Positions 1 through 13,900 of a DNA stretch of 64,000 nucleotides are shown in pieces. Origin of the DNA: Phoronis australis. Taxonomy: Eukaryota; Animalia; Phoronida. How positions within the stretch are numbered: position 1 is the first letter of the stretch; every line of letters starts with the position of its first letter. A model generated the notes under the pieces. That model made no database searches and was not told the DNA's origin. It saw only the letters and a list, made by a program, of their open reading frames with translations. The stretch is taken from assembly GCA_002633005.1 (NCBI GenBank), contig NMRA01000044.1, positions 524,594-588,593 on the forward strand, written 5' to 3'. The position numbers were made by a program, and so were the translations under genes.

Positions 1-3000
1 ATCAGCGCTATCTAATGGTCACATGCATTCGTGTATATATAATCTCATGCGCTTATTCGAGCCAAGCCGGTGCAATATTTTATTTAGAACTGCCGCCGTT
101 CTCTTTTGATGTGCGACTTGGGAGATGTGCACATCTAAGTTCCCATCACTGGAGTACGCGATACATTGGTTGCAACATGTGAGTGACAGATGACATACAA
201 ATGTCGCGCGTGCTGTCCCAGAAACGAGGGCTTGAGAATTTCTTGATGAATTATGATTACTGTGATGCAAGACAAGTTGTGACCATCGTTCGGCAAGTAA
301 CAGCTTAGGTTGTCATCTTCACGTGTTTTTTCGATAAAAATGAGACGTACATTCACACATAGGCAGTTAATTGACAACATTTCTGAGTCACAATCATATA
401 AAATACTACCGACCAGTGCCGCGATGATTTATTGTCGGGGATATTGTTAGTGGATAATCAAGATATCTTACATGAAAAATAAATATTTTTTCCACCACAG
501 AGTTCGGTAAGTTTGCCGTTGTCAGATTGTAGTACGAAATGTAGCTGTTGTGTGGCATTTTACATGGGTGCAAATGCTTTGAAAATTGGTTCATCATGGG
601 TCGTAATTGAATCGATAGCGCCCTATCCGAGATCTATGCCGCTGTTCATTTCGAAGGGTGCTTTACCTGACATGGTTGCTTTGCATTATCAATCGACATT
701 GATGCCTAACGTCGGCGATGTTTCTAATTGGTGACGTACCTTGAGCAAAACTTAATTTTTTACTGTCCCGGCAGCCGATCAGCTGCTCAGGTTGTGGTTA
801 GTGAGGTAATGTGTTGCTCACAACAATGATGTCGATCGGCCAGTCTACTGTGACTCGTCCAGAGGATAAAAGGGGTTTCCGATGGGGGCACATAATATGG
901 GGGGCATAAAATGTGTAGTAATTAGTTAGTGGCTGCGGGGAATAAAACGAAACAAAGATATGTTCCACAAAAGTACATGTATTGAACATATCTAAAAGGC
1001 AGTTGGCTCATTTTAACCTGTCTTTAAGACACAATCCAGCGCATATCTTGAACAGTGTGATCACCATGCCCTCTGCTGTTGGGGCAGCATATACCGTAAT
1101 GCATATTCAGAAAATTACAGAACACGAGGGAAATGAGACAATTTTGAAATGTTAAACTGGCAATAGAAATGAGGTCGTAGCTTAGTAAGTTGACAAATTT
1201 GCCCAAACGGCCTTATTGTCGAGATCTTCCCCAGACTGCTATGTTAAGAGAGTCTGGGTTCAAGACTAGGCTAATAGTATTTAAAAAAAATACAATTGAG
1301 GAATCTATCTTGCAGTGGATCTGTGAATTCACTTGGTCCTTGAAGTGGACTGCACTTCTAACAAGTTATTACGGTAAACTATCCCCAATAAATCAAGCAT
1401 GGAAAACCATTGCTGTGATATCTTTTCTGGAAATATGTGAATGCAAGATTTCGCTTGTCCGCCATATTGTGTCTTCATGACAAATCCAGTACAGGTAAAA
1501 ATTGACCATGGGATGATGATCATCACAAGGTTGGAGTTTACCGTACTAATGGGAACACAATAGCCCACTGACAGTCCTTCTTCTAAAGGCCCCTTCAAAC
1601 TGACTTAACTCCGTGTGAGCAGAGCGTCGATGTAGACCGTGAAGTTATCGGAACTGTTCATACCGGCTTCGGTAGTTAACATATATTGAAGCAAACGGCA
1701 TGTGTCATCGAAGTAATCTCAAGGTAACACTGGGTCATGTTAATTGGTGAGCTTTTACCGTATTAAGTATGTGTAGGTATGTTACATGCCTTTCTAGTCG
1801 CTCTAGTTTTTGTGCCGATGTTCAATTTTTCTTTATTTTACTCTTGCACTTTCATAATGTGGTACGTATTAGGGTGTTATTTTACAGCAGAAAACTGCTA
1901 CAGTTTCTTACTAGAAATAAAACAAGTTATCTTTTGGACTATTATGAGCTCTAGAAGGATAGTACATTAAAATCAAATTGTAGTAGAACATTTTGTTGAC
2001 CTTTTTACATTTGGCTTGAAATTCAGGCGTACATTCCCTGCTTTCATTGGTTGCTGTTCATGCTGCTGGCAAACTGGTGTCCCACAATTGCAGATATTCC
2101 ACAGTTCTCTTACTGCCTAAAGATCAATTCTGGCTTATGGAAAAGGTATACCTATGTTTGCCTGAATAAGTAATTTATACGTAATATTGCTTAGTGACAG
2201 TTTTTAGGGTTGTACCGGTATATGTATTTTGGTTAAACCTGCTGAGGAATTGTTTTCCAGAATTGGTTATTTCATGTAAATTCGATCAATATTTTGCTTG
2301 TAATTATCGTAGGCAGCTCCAGCTGAGGTGTCTTTGCTAATCTCTCTTATGTAAATACAAGATCAGACCTTAGTTGTTTGGATGTTTGTGTAAACTGAAT
2401 GTGTTGTCTGCTTTGGCAAACATCAGCTGAATAGTTGTGTGCTCTGGGGTAGGTTTGTATCTATAAGGAGTTTGTACCCAGTTGGGAGCTTGACGCCTTT
2501 TGCTTCAGTATCAGTGACTGTAGCTTAGGTAGAGTGCTGCCAATTTCAGACAAAAGTTACCAGAACTGACCTTTCTTGTTTTTTTAGAGACTTCTTCTGT
2601 TGAACTTATACAAATGTCTGCGTAGTTTTTCAAAACCTTTTCCAAAGGTAAAACAGTATTTTAGTGCCATTTATCGTGTATGGAAGTGAGGAAATAGAAT
2701 TCACTTGTCCACTATATTGTGTCCTAAACTGAGGCGATTTTTCTGCACTGCACCAGCTACATTGTGAAAAAAATCACCGTTCAGCAGTCAAATTCATAAA
2801 TTAACTAGTGATGAGACTTTCCTCTTCCAAATTTGCATGAGAATGATTGAAGACTTCTGCTTGTGGGTTACTGATTAAATTAATCCTGGCCTGGAGTGAA
2901 AGTTACCATTCAGTGGTTGAAATCATGGATAATCACTTTTGCTTGTCTGTTGGTCCCGGGGGTTCTTTTCTGCATCTTGGGATGCTGCAATATGTCCAAA

Positions 3001-4621
3001 ATCCATAATACCTGGGCAACCATGGAGAAAGGGTAGCCATGGCATTACAAAATGTTGGGAAATCTTACTGTGACATCCTGGTCATCAGCACATCGCCACT
3101 ATTGATTGTTTATCATGCAACCGGACATGTTCTTACTGATACCATAAGCCAATATACCTGACTCTCCAAGCTAATCTGTGGTTGTTGTGTTTGAAGAGTC
3201 ATTGGGCATTTGATTAAGAAGTCTGGTCTACTTGAACTATGTGCCTTCAAAACTTGTGGACCTGATTCTGTACATAGTAAATAGCTATGAACATTATTGA
3301 AGTATTAGAACACCTCTCTGATTCTGTGATATCCATATCCTCTGTGCTGGACATCACATAAGGAATCTATTGACACTATTGTTCATAGTCGCCATGCTGT
3401 TTTACATCCAAATTACCCTACATTGGGTTTTTATAATTCTCATGCCTGCCTGTGTACAATTTCACTATTGCCATGTGTTGCAATGATGATATAAAAAATT
3501 GACGAGTGGAGAGGTAAGATATGTCATTCTTTACTTCCCTAACTCGGCATCTGTTCCAAATGTGCAATGTGCCTTTCTATGTCTTCAACCTTAGAGAGTT
3601 GAATTCAGGACATGGCTATTGTTGCATTCATGTTGCAATTAGGTCATCATTTTTATCTACAAAAAGATATACCATTTACAAACAAAATGTTGAAAAAAAA
3701 TTTCTTATGAAAAATTGGCAGAAATCTATGGGCAAATTTTCTGACTAATTTTTTAATGATTTTTCGCCGTCGCAATTCAATATTACTTTTCAGTACAATC
3801 TTTTCATTAAAAAGGCTCAAATTTTCGTTCTAAGAATTGTTTTAAGTTCTCATTGGATATAGACTGTGTATGATGAAACCATGATAAATTATCTGATTTC
3901 TGTATTTCACAAAATTCCTTAACCTTCCTTGACTCTTTGGTGTGCTTTTCTTTTAACTTTCCATTTATTGCCAACCATTTGTATCCAATAGGGACATGTT
4001 TAGTTTTATAATTAGATTTAAGTGCTTGTTCTTAGATTTTCTGACCCACTGACCTTAATCAATAGTTTGTCTGCATGGTATGTTTGTGGAGAAAATTGAT
4101 AAGCAGGCTTCCATAAGTAAAGGTAGCCAGTTATGGAACATACTTTAATATAATTAATTGATTCGAAGTAGTTCCTTGAAGAATGAATGTTTTGCTTTGC
4201 ATTGGCTGATTAGTTGTGAAGAATGTCCCACTTCATTTGTGTGAAGTTATTATTATGGCTGACTGTTTTGCCCCTCCCCCCCATCTCTTCCACTGAGAAC
4301 ATTGGTATTGTATCATTGGGAACCCAGGTGTGACATTGTTGACCACAAACTATGCTCAAAGGTTTCAAGGTACTAACCTACTAATTGTTTTCATGAATGT
4401 AAATGAACAGGGTTTAAAAGTCCATGCCTGTGATATTTTACCCCAGTCATTTACCACTTCTGGCCATGTTTGTATGTTATTCAATTATCTTGAAAATAAT
4501 AGAGCTAATTAAACTTTCATAGGCAAACAAAGCCAGGAGTGAATAAAACATGAGTTTCCTAATGCTTCATATATTGAATGTGTATTATGGCCTTCAGACA
4601 GCTGTAGCTGTCAGATGTATA

Positions 4622-7479
4622 ATACATTTAGAATGGGAAATCTGTTGTGTGGGATCTGACTCAAAGTGACCTAAAACTTCAGACAGAAACTTCGTCTTAC
4701 ACTCCCATTTCACAATTGCTGAATAAAGGTTTAGCCAAGTAATTGAGCACATCAAAGTCTAGAAACAATTTTTAAAAAAATTCCCAGTGGCTAACAATTG
4801 TGTGTATATTCTCCATGAATTTACACTTTTGCTCAAGTGAGATCTAATTTTATTTCAGAAATAGTTGTGTGGTGCAGGAGTCCAAATGTCTGTTACTGAA
4901 ACAAGCCCAGGATTTGGTATTTTTATAACACATGGTCGGGTTCTTCTCGGGTTTTTGCTCAACTGTTATGGTAAAATTTCGCCAATTTCACACAAATATA
5001 ATTGCCAAAAATGCCTTTCGTCACCCGGGGCCTCTAAAGCATTGTTGCAAATATCCAAAAGAGAGGTCTATTCACAGAAATAGCCATCTGAAATAAGACA
5101 GGTTTCGATATTGCTGCTAATGTCCACACAAAAACAGATTGTTTCCACTGGCAAAATCTTCTAAAGAGTTATTGTTCACTTATTTCGCTAAAATTGTCAT
5201 TTTTTGTAGTTTTCAAAGCAGTAAATAATGATAACCTTGACAAATTTTGTTTTATGACACCTGCACAGTGTAAACTGTGCTGGGAACAGATTAATGTTTT
5301 GAACGTTATATTGCTGAAAAATTTGACAAAATAGATCAATAGATTTTTGAAGTTATGTTTCCCACAGATGTCCCTTAAATCGCTTGAAGTATTAGTCATG
5401 CTTTCCCATAACACAGGTTTTACAAGGAAATATCAAGCTCGGATCTTTTGTGGACTTCTGAAGGTCTATGAGCACTGTTTCAAAGATCTAAGTATTAAAT
5501 AAGCTACTCAGCATTAATGTTGCTTTGTCAAAATCTGGGTTTTATGTCCTTTTAAATTCTTTGAGAAAGGATTATTGACTAGTATAATTAAGTTCTAGCT
5601 TGAGACAAAAAGGTCTCATGGGGCAGACTACTGAGCTATTCTTCTTAGTTGTAGTTGTGGTTATTATGGATTTCAACTGGGTTAATAGTGTGGTAAATCA
5701 GGCCATGATTTTTGTATTCAGCATCTGAACGACTGAAAATTTGTTACAGAAATGGTGAATTGTCACAAACTAAAAAAACTTTCATATGACTATTTGCATA
5801 AAATTTGTGAAACTTGCTTCTTTGGTTTACATCTTGCAATCTGTATGTCCATGGAATTAATACTTCATTAAGGTTGTCTTTTAAATGCATTGCTGTATTT
5901 GCTTAATCCCAAGTGAAGCGGATAGTCCTTTGACACTTTGCTTCATCTTGTAGTCTTGGAATGTTGTTACCCTACTATAAACCTGCCGAAAATTCTCGCG
6001 GGACTGTCAATCACTGAAAGTATTGGCTGTTTTTTAACAGAAGGTCTTGTNATACATTTGGAATGGGAAATCTGTTGTGTGGGATCTGACTCAAAGTGAT
6101 CTAAAACTTCAGACAGAAATTTCGTCTTACACTCCCATTTCACAATTGCTGAGTAAAGGTTTAGCCAAGTAATTGAGCACATCAAAGTCTAGAAACAATT
6201 TTTAAAAAATTTCCCAGTGGCTAACAATTGTGTGTATATTCTCCATGAATTTACACTTTTGCTCAAGTGAGATCTAATTTTATTTCAGAAATAGTTGTGT
6301 GGTGCAGGAGTCCAAATGTCTGTTACTGAAACAAGCCCAGGATTTGGTATTTTTATAATACATGGTCGGGTTCTTGTCGGGTTTTTGCTCAACTGTTGTG
6401 GTAAAATTTCGCCAATTTCACACAAAAATAATTGCCAAAAATGCCCTTTGTCACCAGGGGCCTCTAAAGCATTGTTGCAAATATCCACAAGAGAGGTCTA
6501 TTCACAGAAATAGCCATCTGAAACAAGACAGGTTTCGATATTGCTGCTAGTGTTCACACAAAAACAGATTGTTTCCACTGGCAAAATCTTCTAAAGAGTT
6601 ATTGTTCACTTATTTCGCTAAAATTGTCATTTTTTGTAGTTTTCAAAGCAGTAATTAGTGATAACCTTGACAAATTTTGTTTTATGACACCTGCACAGTG
6701 TAAACTGTGCTGGGAACAGATTAATGTTTTGAACGCTATATTGCTGAAAAATTTGACAAAAGAGATCAATAGATTTTAGAAGATATGTTTCCCACAGATG
6801 TCCCTTAAATTGTCGAAGTATTAGTCATGCTTTCCCATAACGCAGGTTTTACAAGGAAATATCAAGCTCGAATCTTTTGTGGACTTCTGAAGGTCTATGA
6901 GCACTGTTTCAAAGATCTAAGTATTAATTAAGCTACTCAGCATTAATGTTGCTTTGTCAAAATCTGGGTTTTAGGTCCTTTTAAATTCTTTGAGATAGGA
7001 TTATTGACTAGTATAATTAAGTTCTAGCTTGAGACAAAAAGGTCTCATGGGGCAGACTACTGAGCTATTCTTCTTAGTTGTAGTTGTGGTTATTATGGAT
7101 TTCAACTGGGTTAATAGTGTGGTAAATCAGGCCATGATTTTTGTATTCAGCATCTGAACGACTGAAAATTTGTTACAGAAATGGTGAATTGTCACAAACT
7201 AAAAAAACTTTCATATGACTATTTGCATAAAATTTGTGAAACTTGCTTCTTTGGTTTACATCTTGCAATCTGTATGTCCATGGAATTAATACTTCATTAA
7301 GGTTGTCTTTTAAATGCATTGCTGTATTTGCTTAATCCCAAGTGAAGCGGATAGTCCTTTGACACTTTGCTTCATCTTGTAGTCTTGGAATGTTGTTACC
7401 CTACTATAAACCTGCCGAAAATTCTCGCGGGACTGTCAATCACTGAAAGTATTGGCTGTTTTTTAACAGAAGGTCTTGT
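4622..7479. repeat. Tandem ~1.43-kb duplication around a single N (6051); probable haplotype overlap
   Basis: 4622-6050 vs 6052-7479, roughly 98% identical by eye. Confidence 0.9.
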
Positions 7480-7823
7480 TGTGATTTTTCAATTTTAGAA
7501 GCATATTACTGAGTTTCGCAAAGCAGAAATTTTATGCTGATATCTCAAAACCATCATTTTCTAAATTTGGATTTTTGGATAACTAATGTTATTATCAAAC
7601 TCTGTTGCAGCAGTATTTTTTACCTCTATCTGTGTAGTCTGTACCCTCGCCTCAGTGGGAGTGTTATTTTAGCAGTTAAGCTGTCGTGAATCTGTCTGTT
7701 TCAGCAAGACGAGAATTTCCATATTTTCGAACTCAAAAAATCTGACTACAAATCTTAACTGTTAGCCTGCCGTTGTATTAATTTTGTCTCGTTACATTTC
7801 ATTTCATTTATTTTGCCTTGCAG

Positions 7824-7916
7824 CTGAGAGACTTCAATCTAGGCAGCACATTCCCAATAGTAAAACATGTCAGTATGCATAATGTTAAACTGAGTTCAGA
7901 TGAAAGTGCAATAGAG
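7824..7916 (+). CDS. PDZD8: PDZD8 exon (SMP: LRDFNLGSTFPIVK..)
   Basis: ttgcag|CTG...GAG|gtaaga, 93 bp, phase 0/0. Confidence 0.85.
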
Positions 7917-10900
7917 GTAAGACTTCTAACTTTCTTTGAAGTGTTATGCAAAATCAGGACTGTATAAATTTCAGGACATTTTTGATCCATTCCAATAGTG
8001 TAATTTGTATGATAATTATTTTTGGTCAAATCTCGCTAGCTTATTAACCTATATTATCATTTTTAGTTCATTTTATTTTATGCACTGGTACGGAAATAAT
8101 AATTATGAACAATGTACAAATATGTAAAATTTGTTCATTTGCAAAGCGTAACTCAGAGCTGTTGCTGACGCCAAACTCCAAATTTCCATTGTTTATTTCA
8201 CAGGAAGTGGATATCTTGGTTGACATCATCTATGGAGGAGGGTTCCAGCTCGCGGTTGACCTTGACCTTCTATTTAACAAGACGGCATACTTGTGCGTGA
8301 CCATTGCCAGCCTCAGTGGTCCTCTCAGACTGAGGTTCTCGAGGATACCATACACTCACTGGAGTTTCTCATTCTGCCAGGTAACTAGACCCTCGATCAG
8401 TCCATTGGCAGTCTCAGGGAACCTTTATAACTGAGGTTCTTCAGGGTAGCATATACTTACTGCAGCTAGACCCAGTGTTACCATCACCAGCCTTAGTGTT
8501 CTGCAGCCGATCATCTCCAAACTATACCTTGGTCCGTGTTCATTTTCTAAACAAGGGGTGAATTTGTAAAATTACCAGTAGGTTTGACGTTCGGAAATTT
8601 TCTGCTGTACAAGTAAAGTAATGGATGTCCCAGTCAGTTTTTCAGAAAATTTTCTTGTATCTGGACTATGTGATATGACCATTATAAACAGTATGAAAAT
8701 GTTTGGTTAATGTTGCCGGATTTTTCAGTTACTGCTATGGCAGAGTGAAATAAATTTATACACCCATTCGATTAATGTACTTTCATATACGTCACCAACT
8801 TATGTATAATGGATGTGTCAACGGTAACAGTCACTTACAGGGATCCCGCATTTTGAGAACCAGTTTGCTCTGCCGAATAACAGGCATCAAACTGGTTCTC
8901 AAAATCTGGGGACCCCTGTTAGTGACTGTTGCCTATTTAACAAATAGGATCCCAAGATTGAATTCAAGGTCAAGTCTCAGGTTGGAACGAGACATGTTCC
9001 CCAGATCACGTCACTTATTATCAACCAGGTAAGTGGGATTTGAAGATATATGACTGGAGAAATGTACTATGTAGAGACAATATTTCTTGGAGATGTCCCG
9101 AACACGAACTTGAAACTGATTTTTGAGGCATCTTTGCTCCTGTAAATAAAATGTTTATGATTGACAAGCGATACTCAGATAAGTGACATCAAAATTATCG
9201 ATTACGATAGAGTATTGCGATGTGTTAAAAACATTTTGAATGTTTATCAAGCCTTATTTTTGTATTTGCTTTTTAAAATTTTGAGCCCAACATGTAAAAA
9301 TAATACATTTAGTCACCAGATTTTTGGATACTCTTTGTCTAGCTGACTTGCTGTATTTTTCAGTTACGCAGATCTCTTCGCAAAAAACACACTTTACCAA
9401 ATTACAAAATTCGCTACAAGCCATTCTTCCCCAAGAAGTCTCATCTACCAACCGATGTCTCTCAAACCATGGTTGCTCTGGGACGGCTTAAAGTGACATC
9501 TATTGGATGTTCAAGGTTATTTCTGGCATCCCAGAATGCACTGCTGTATTGCACTCTAGCTGTTGGTGAGTCTTAATGGTGATTAGTTTTACCGACTAGT
9601 CATGTTAAGAGCATTACAGACTTCTCTTCACTTTAAACGCGAGGGCTATTTTGGGGAATTAGGTGCATTAACGGATTAACGCCCTTGCTTGGATTACTGT
9701 ACTTTCCCGAAATTTCTAAATTTTCACATTCATGCACTTATGTTCAACTTACTCCCAACCCTCAATTTATACCGTTGAGACTTCCTTAGAAGTGAACAGC
9801 AATCTCATCAGAATTTTAGCTCCTTAATTACGTAACATCCTTACATTTGAATAACGATCAGTGAGTTTCAGAGGAACCATGCATTATTCAGTTGGGTGCT
9901 CTTTAGTGGATGTTCTTCTTGTGCGTTTCTGATATTCTCGTACTCGTGTACAAAATGTCAAAGAATTTGCGTAAGCGACGTGTGGCCAACTCGTTATATG
10001 CATTATGTTTGCATCGCAAAATGTAAATATGTACGTCATTATAAATTTTATAGATATACATTAATTGAACAGAATATTTGACAGTACAAAAAGTAGTACA
10101 CACATACTCAACAAACGCATAGTTACATACATTACAGCCAAGCTCAGCTGGTGAAGTGTGAGCACGCTTGTAAGAAATGTATTTTTAGATAGTGTCAATG
10201 CTGGCGCTTTTCATGTAAAACAGATGGTACTGTGTTTGAAAAAGGTCTATAGTGCTTTTCACTATTTTAGCTGAAACTTATGTCTGATCACAAATTTTTA
10301 GAAATTCTAAATTCGCAATTAAGTTATTGTGCATGGATGTCTGATCTACATCATTTCATTGCTTATGTGCTTTTGGCACTGATTTACTTATTATTTTTGA
10401 ATGCACGTCTGTCTGATATTGTTGTATACTTTAAAATTTCTATGTCGTTTTTAATGGTTCATCCAACTGATGCTTTTGTGATTAATTGACTTATCTGAGA
10501 ACAAAGATATCTCATGACATGTACTTTTCAGTGTTGTTTTTAACAAAAATTGGCCGATTCAAGTATGCTTTTGCTATTAATTAACGTAATGTGAATTCAT
10601 GAATGTCTGACATTGTTTTCTATTTGTCCGTGTTGATTTGAATACGACATTATGCCTGTGTTTTCTTTTGAAAAAAACAATAGTTTTAATTTATGTCACT
10701 AACCGTTATAAAATTGGTTATATTTGAAGTGGTCACTGAGCTCAGAAAGAACTGACAGTTCATTATCTCTTCAGGCTAAGGTCGTAAAATTTCAGGTCAT
10801 GGCATGTTAGTTCTTTGGATTCCTGAAATCACCTCCAATTTGTGTAAAGAACATGTCGAGACCAATTTTATAACCGTACAGTAAGTACCGCAAATCAACA

Positions 10901-13900
10901 CTCAAACACATTCAGGTTTAAGGTTGTTTTAACTAAAAATAAAATGGCGCGGGCTGTTTGAAATGTTCTTGTGACTGTAGACAAAGAAGCTTGGATTGAG
11001 TTGTCTAGTGACCGTAGGAAGTTGTGGGTCACACACGAGTTTGACGTGAATGTACCAGAAGGCCAGTCTGTTGGAATGATATTTAAAACTGTGAGTATTG
11101 AAATGATCCAAATATTTAATTTATCCTATTTATACAAATGTTGTCATATTCGTTATGTTGTTACATAATTGTTGTTATTAGATCAATTAGGTCATTACAA
11201 CATTTTCTTAGGGACTTGTTTGTTGTTTGTCAAATGTTACTAGAACCTGCTCATGGTCATTTTCAAGATCAGCGGTCAGTTTTCCGTTTTCTAAGTATTG
11301 ATGGAAAGATTTCTGAACTGACGGTGTTCATATAACTTTCTTGCAGGTTTTAAGTCTCGCTCAGCACAAATAGGTCAAGCAGAAATTGCTAACTTTAAAC
11401 TGGAATAAATCAACTAAGCCACAATGAATCTTGCTGCTGAAGAAATCAGTGAACTCTTATCGGTCCATGGTTTTATTATAATTATATAGTTAGGAACCTT
11501 AACTCGCTGTTAGTATAAGAAAACCAAGAGAAAGTTTTGTGCCCCAAAGATTAAACAAAGCAATGGTTTTCAACGATGGCACTGTATTGGGCTTTAAGTG
11601 ATCTGGTGGGCATAAAAATATTTGGTTGGTGACATTGAGTATTTTGCTTGTGTAACTGGGCATGCATGTAATGTTTTGTGGTTTGGTGTGATTCCTTTCC
11701 ACTTGTTTGCTCCAGTTTTAGTGAACCGTTGGTTCCTCAGTTTATTCACCGTGTTCTCAAATAAATGTCCACATTTTTTAAATTGAAATGTTGAAATATG
11801 TCATAAATTAAGTTTGGTCATGACAGGGTCCCTCTTATTTCACAGTACAATATTTGTCATGATTGGTCCATCTCATTTCACAGTCCAATATTTGTCATGA
11901 CGGGGGCCCCTCATTTCACAGTCCAATGTTTGCCATGACAGGTTCCTCTCATTTCACAGTCCAGTGTTTGTCATGATGGGCCCCCTGTCGTTTCATGGTC
12001 CATTGTTTGTTCTCATTTCACGATCTAATCTTTGTCATGAAGGAACCCCTCTCATTTCACAGTCCAATGTTTGCCATGATAGGCTCCTCATATTTCACAG
12101 TCCTATGTTTGTCCTGATGGGGCCCTCTCATTTCACAGTCCAATGTCTGCCATGACGGACTCCTCTTATTTCTCAGTTCAATGTTTGTCATGGCAGGCCC
12201 CCTCTCATTTCGCAGTCCATTGTTTGTTCTCATTTCACAATCCAGTGTTTGCCATGACGAGCTCCTCTTATTTCACAGTCCTATGTTTGTCATGGGAGGC
12301 CCCCCTCTCATTTCACGGTCCAGTGTTTGCCATGATAGGACCCTTTTATTTCACAGTCCTATGTTTCTATATTTTTTAGATAATTGAAGAAGACGAAGAT
12401 CAAATGGAAACATTTTGTGTGGGCAAAAATTATTTTCCTCCATGTTTTTAACCCTTAATACATAACCCCAAATTTTTAACGTTTTGGGAAAACATGAAGA
12501 AAATAACCCAGTAAAGAAAGTTGACGCAATTATGTATTAGAAACCAAGGCGTGTGTTCACTTGTGGTTCACATCCTGTGTGGTTTTCATTACACATTTAC
12601 GTCATAGTACTGGACTGTGTTTTACCATCTTTAACTTTGTGTGTGTGTTTGTTTGTGTCTGGTGATGGATTTCATTTTAAAGTGGCTGTAAACCCGCGTT
12701 CTGTCAGTCTTAAGTTTTTATGTAGACCACTAACTGTCTCTTAATTGATTTTGACTCGTCACTAACTTAGACGAGAAGTGATTTCTGGGTTCGTTTTTAC
12801 TTGAAATTGTGCTCGGCACCTAAAATTACCCAGCATAACTAGTGTATAAAGACTTCGGTCTTAGGCCCAGAAATGACGTCTAATTTGCCCGAGGAATCAT
12901 TTTACATTAATTTTGTAATGATAAGCAGTCTAGCACTCTACTCTTCATAGCTGATTATCCCGATGTTGAGTCAGAAGTAAAAAAAGTGTGTCAATTTTTA
13001 TGCATATTAATCTACTTAAATACTTTCTGAATTAAATTTGGTGTGATCTAAACCAAAACAAGCTTTTCTGACAAAAATGGTTTTAGCTACTTCCACAAAA
13101 CCAACTGATTATTTAACCATGGTCCTCTTACTTAACCTTACTTCGTAAAGATAATTTCAACCTTTGTTTCATCTACTAAGTGATATCTCTGTATGAAGAG
13201 TAAATCAGAACAGACCTTAACAAAAAGAGTGTTAATTTTTGTGCATCTTATTCTGCTTACTGATACGTGTTCAGAAGGTGTCAACTGCCTCAAAAATGTT
13301 AAAGCCTGAAGTGGCTGATAAAGATTTACTATGTGGTTGAAATCAGTTGAAGACATCTCAAGCAACTTGTTTGTTTGGGCCATGTATAAAGCCTTTAAAG
13401 AATTGTCAAAGGTTAGGAATGAAAATAAGAAATATTTTATTTAATTGGTAAATTTTTCACTTCAGAAGTGTCCACCTAGGTTGACACTGTACATCACAAT
13501 AACAAGTTCAAGTTCCCAAAAATATGAAAAGAAATAAAGATAAACAATTTTTTGCTAAGATTCTATAAACATGGGTTTTGTTAGAAAAGTTATTTTTACC
13601 ACATACCGTCAGATATTAAAATTGTTCCCAATATTTTCTTTACTTAGATTGGAAGGTTGTTTTCATAGAGAATGGTTGCCATGGTCACTTCAGGGTATTC
13701 TAACATGCTTAGCTTTTTGAATGTTTTCTTCTCAGGAATTTGTTGTGGAAAAGTACGCCGAACTCCCAATGGTTGATACAGTCATTCCAAACTCGCCTGC
13801 TGCTTTGGCCGGGATCAAGAAAGTAAGTCATAGTATTGCGCTTTAGAAGTTTTATGAATTCGTAGTTGCACATCTATGCCTTGCTTATTCTTAGTGTTGC

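Noticed and set aside
1769-2150. Hydrophobic ORF or AAGKLV segment as the missing PDZD8 N-terminal exons
   Set aside because: No convincing match to the conserved N-terminal SMP motifs and no coherent splice structure.
3010-3500. Possible decayed Tc1 transposase N-terminus (ERVAMALQNVGKSYCDI..)
   Set aside because: The resemblance is weak, with no TIRs or DDE motifs verifiable by eye. It would need tblastn/HMM confirmation.
4865-6550. Duplicated 72-aa ORFs (MCGAGVQMS..) as a gene pair
   Set aside because: Intronic, non-ATG starts, and duplicated only by the haplotype overlap.
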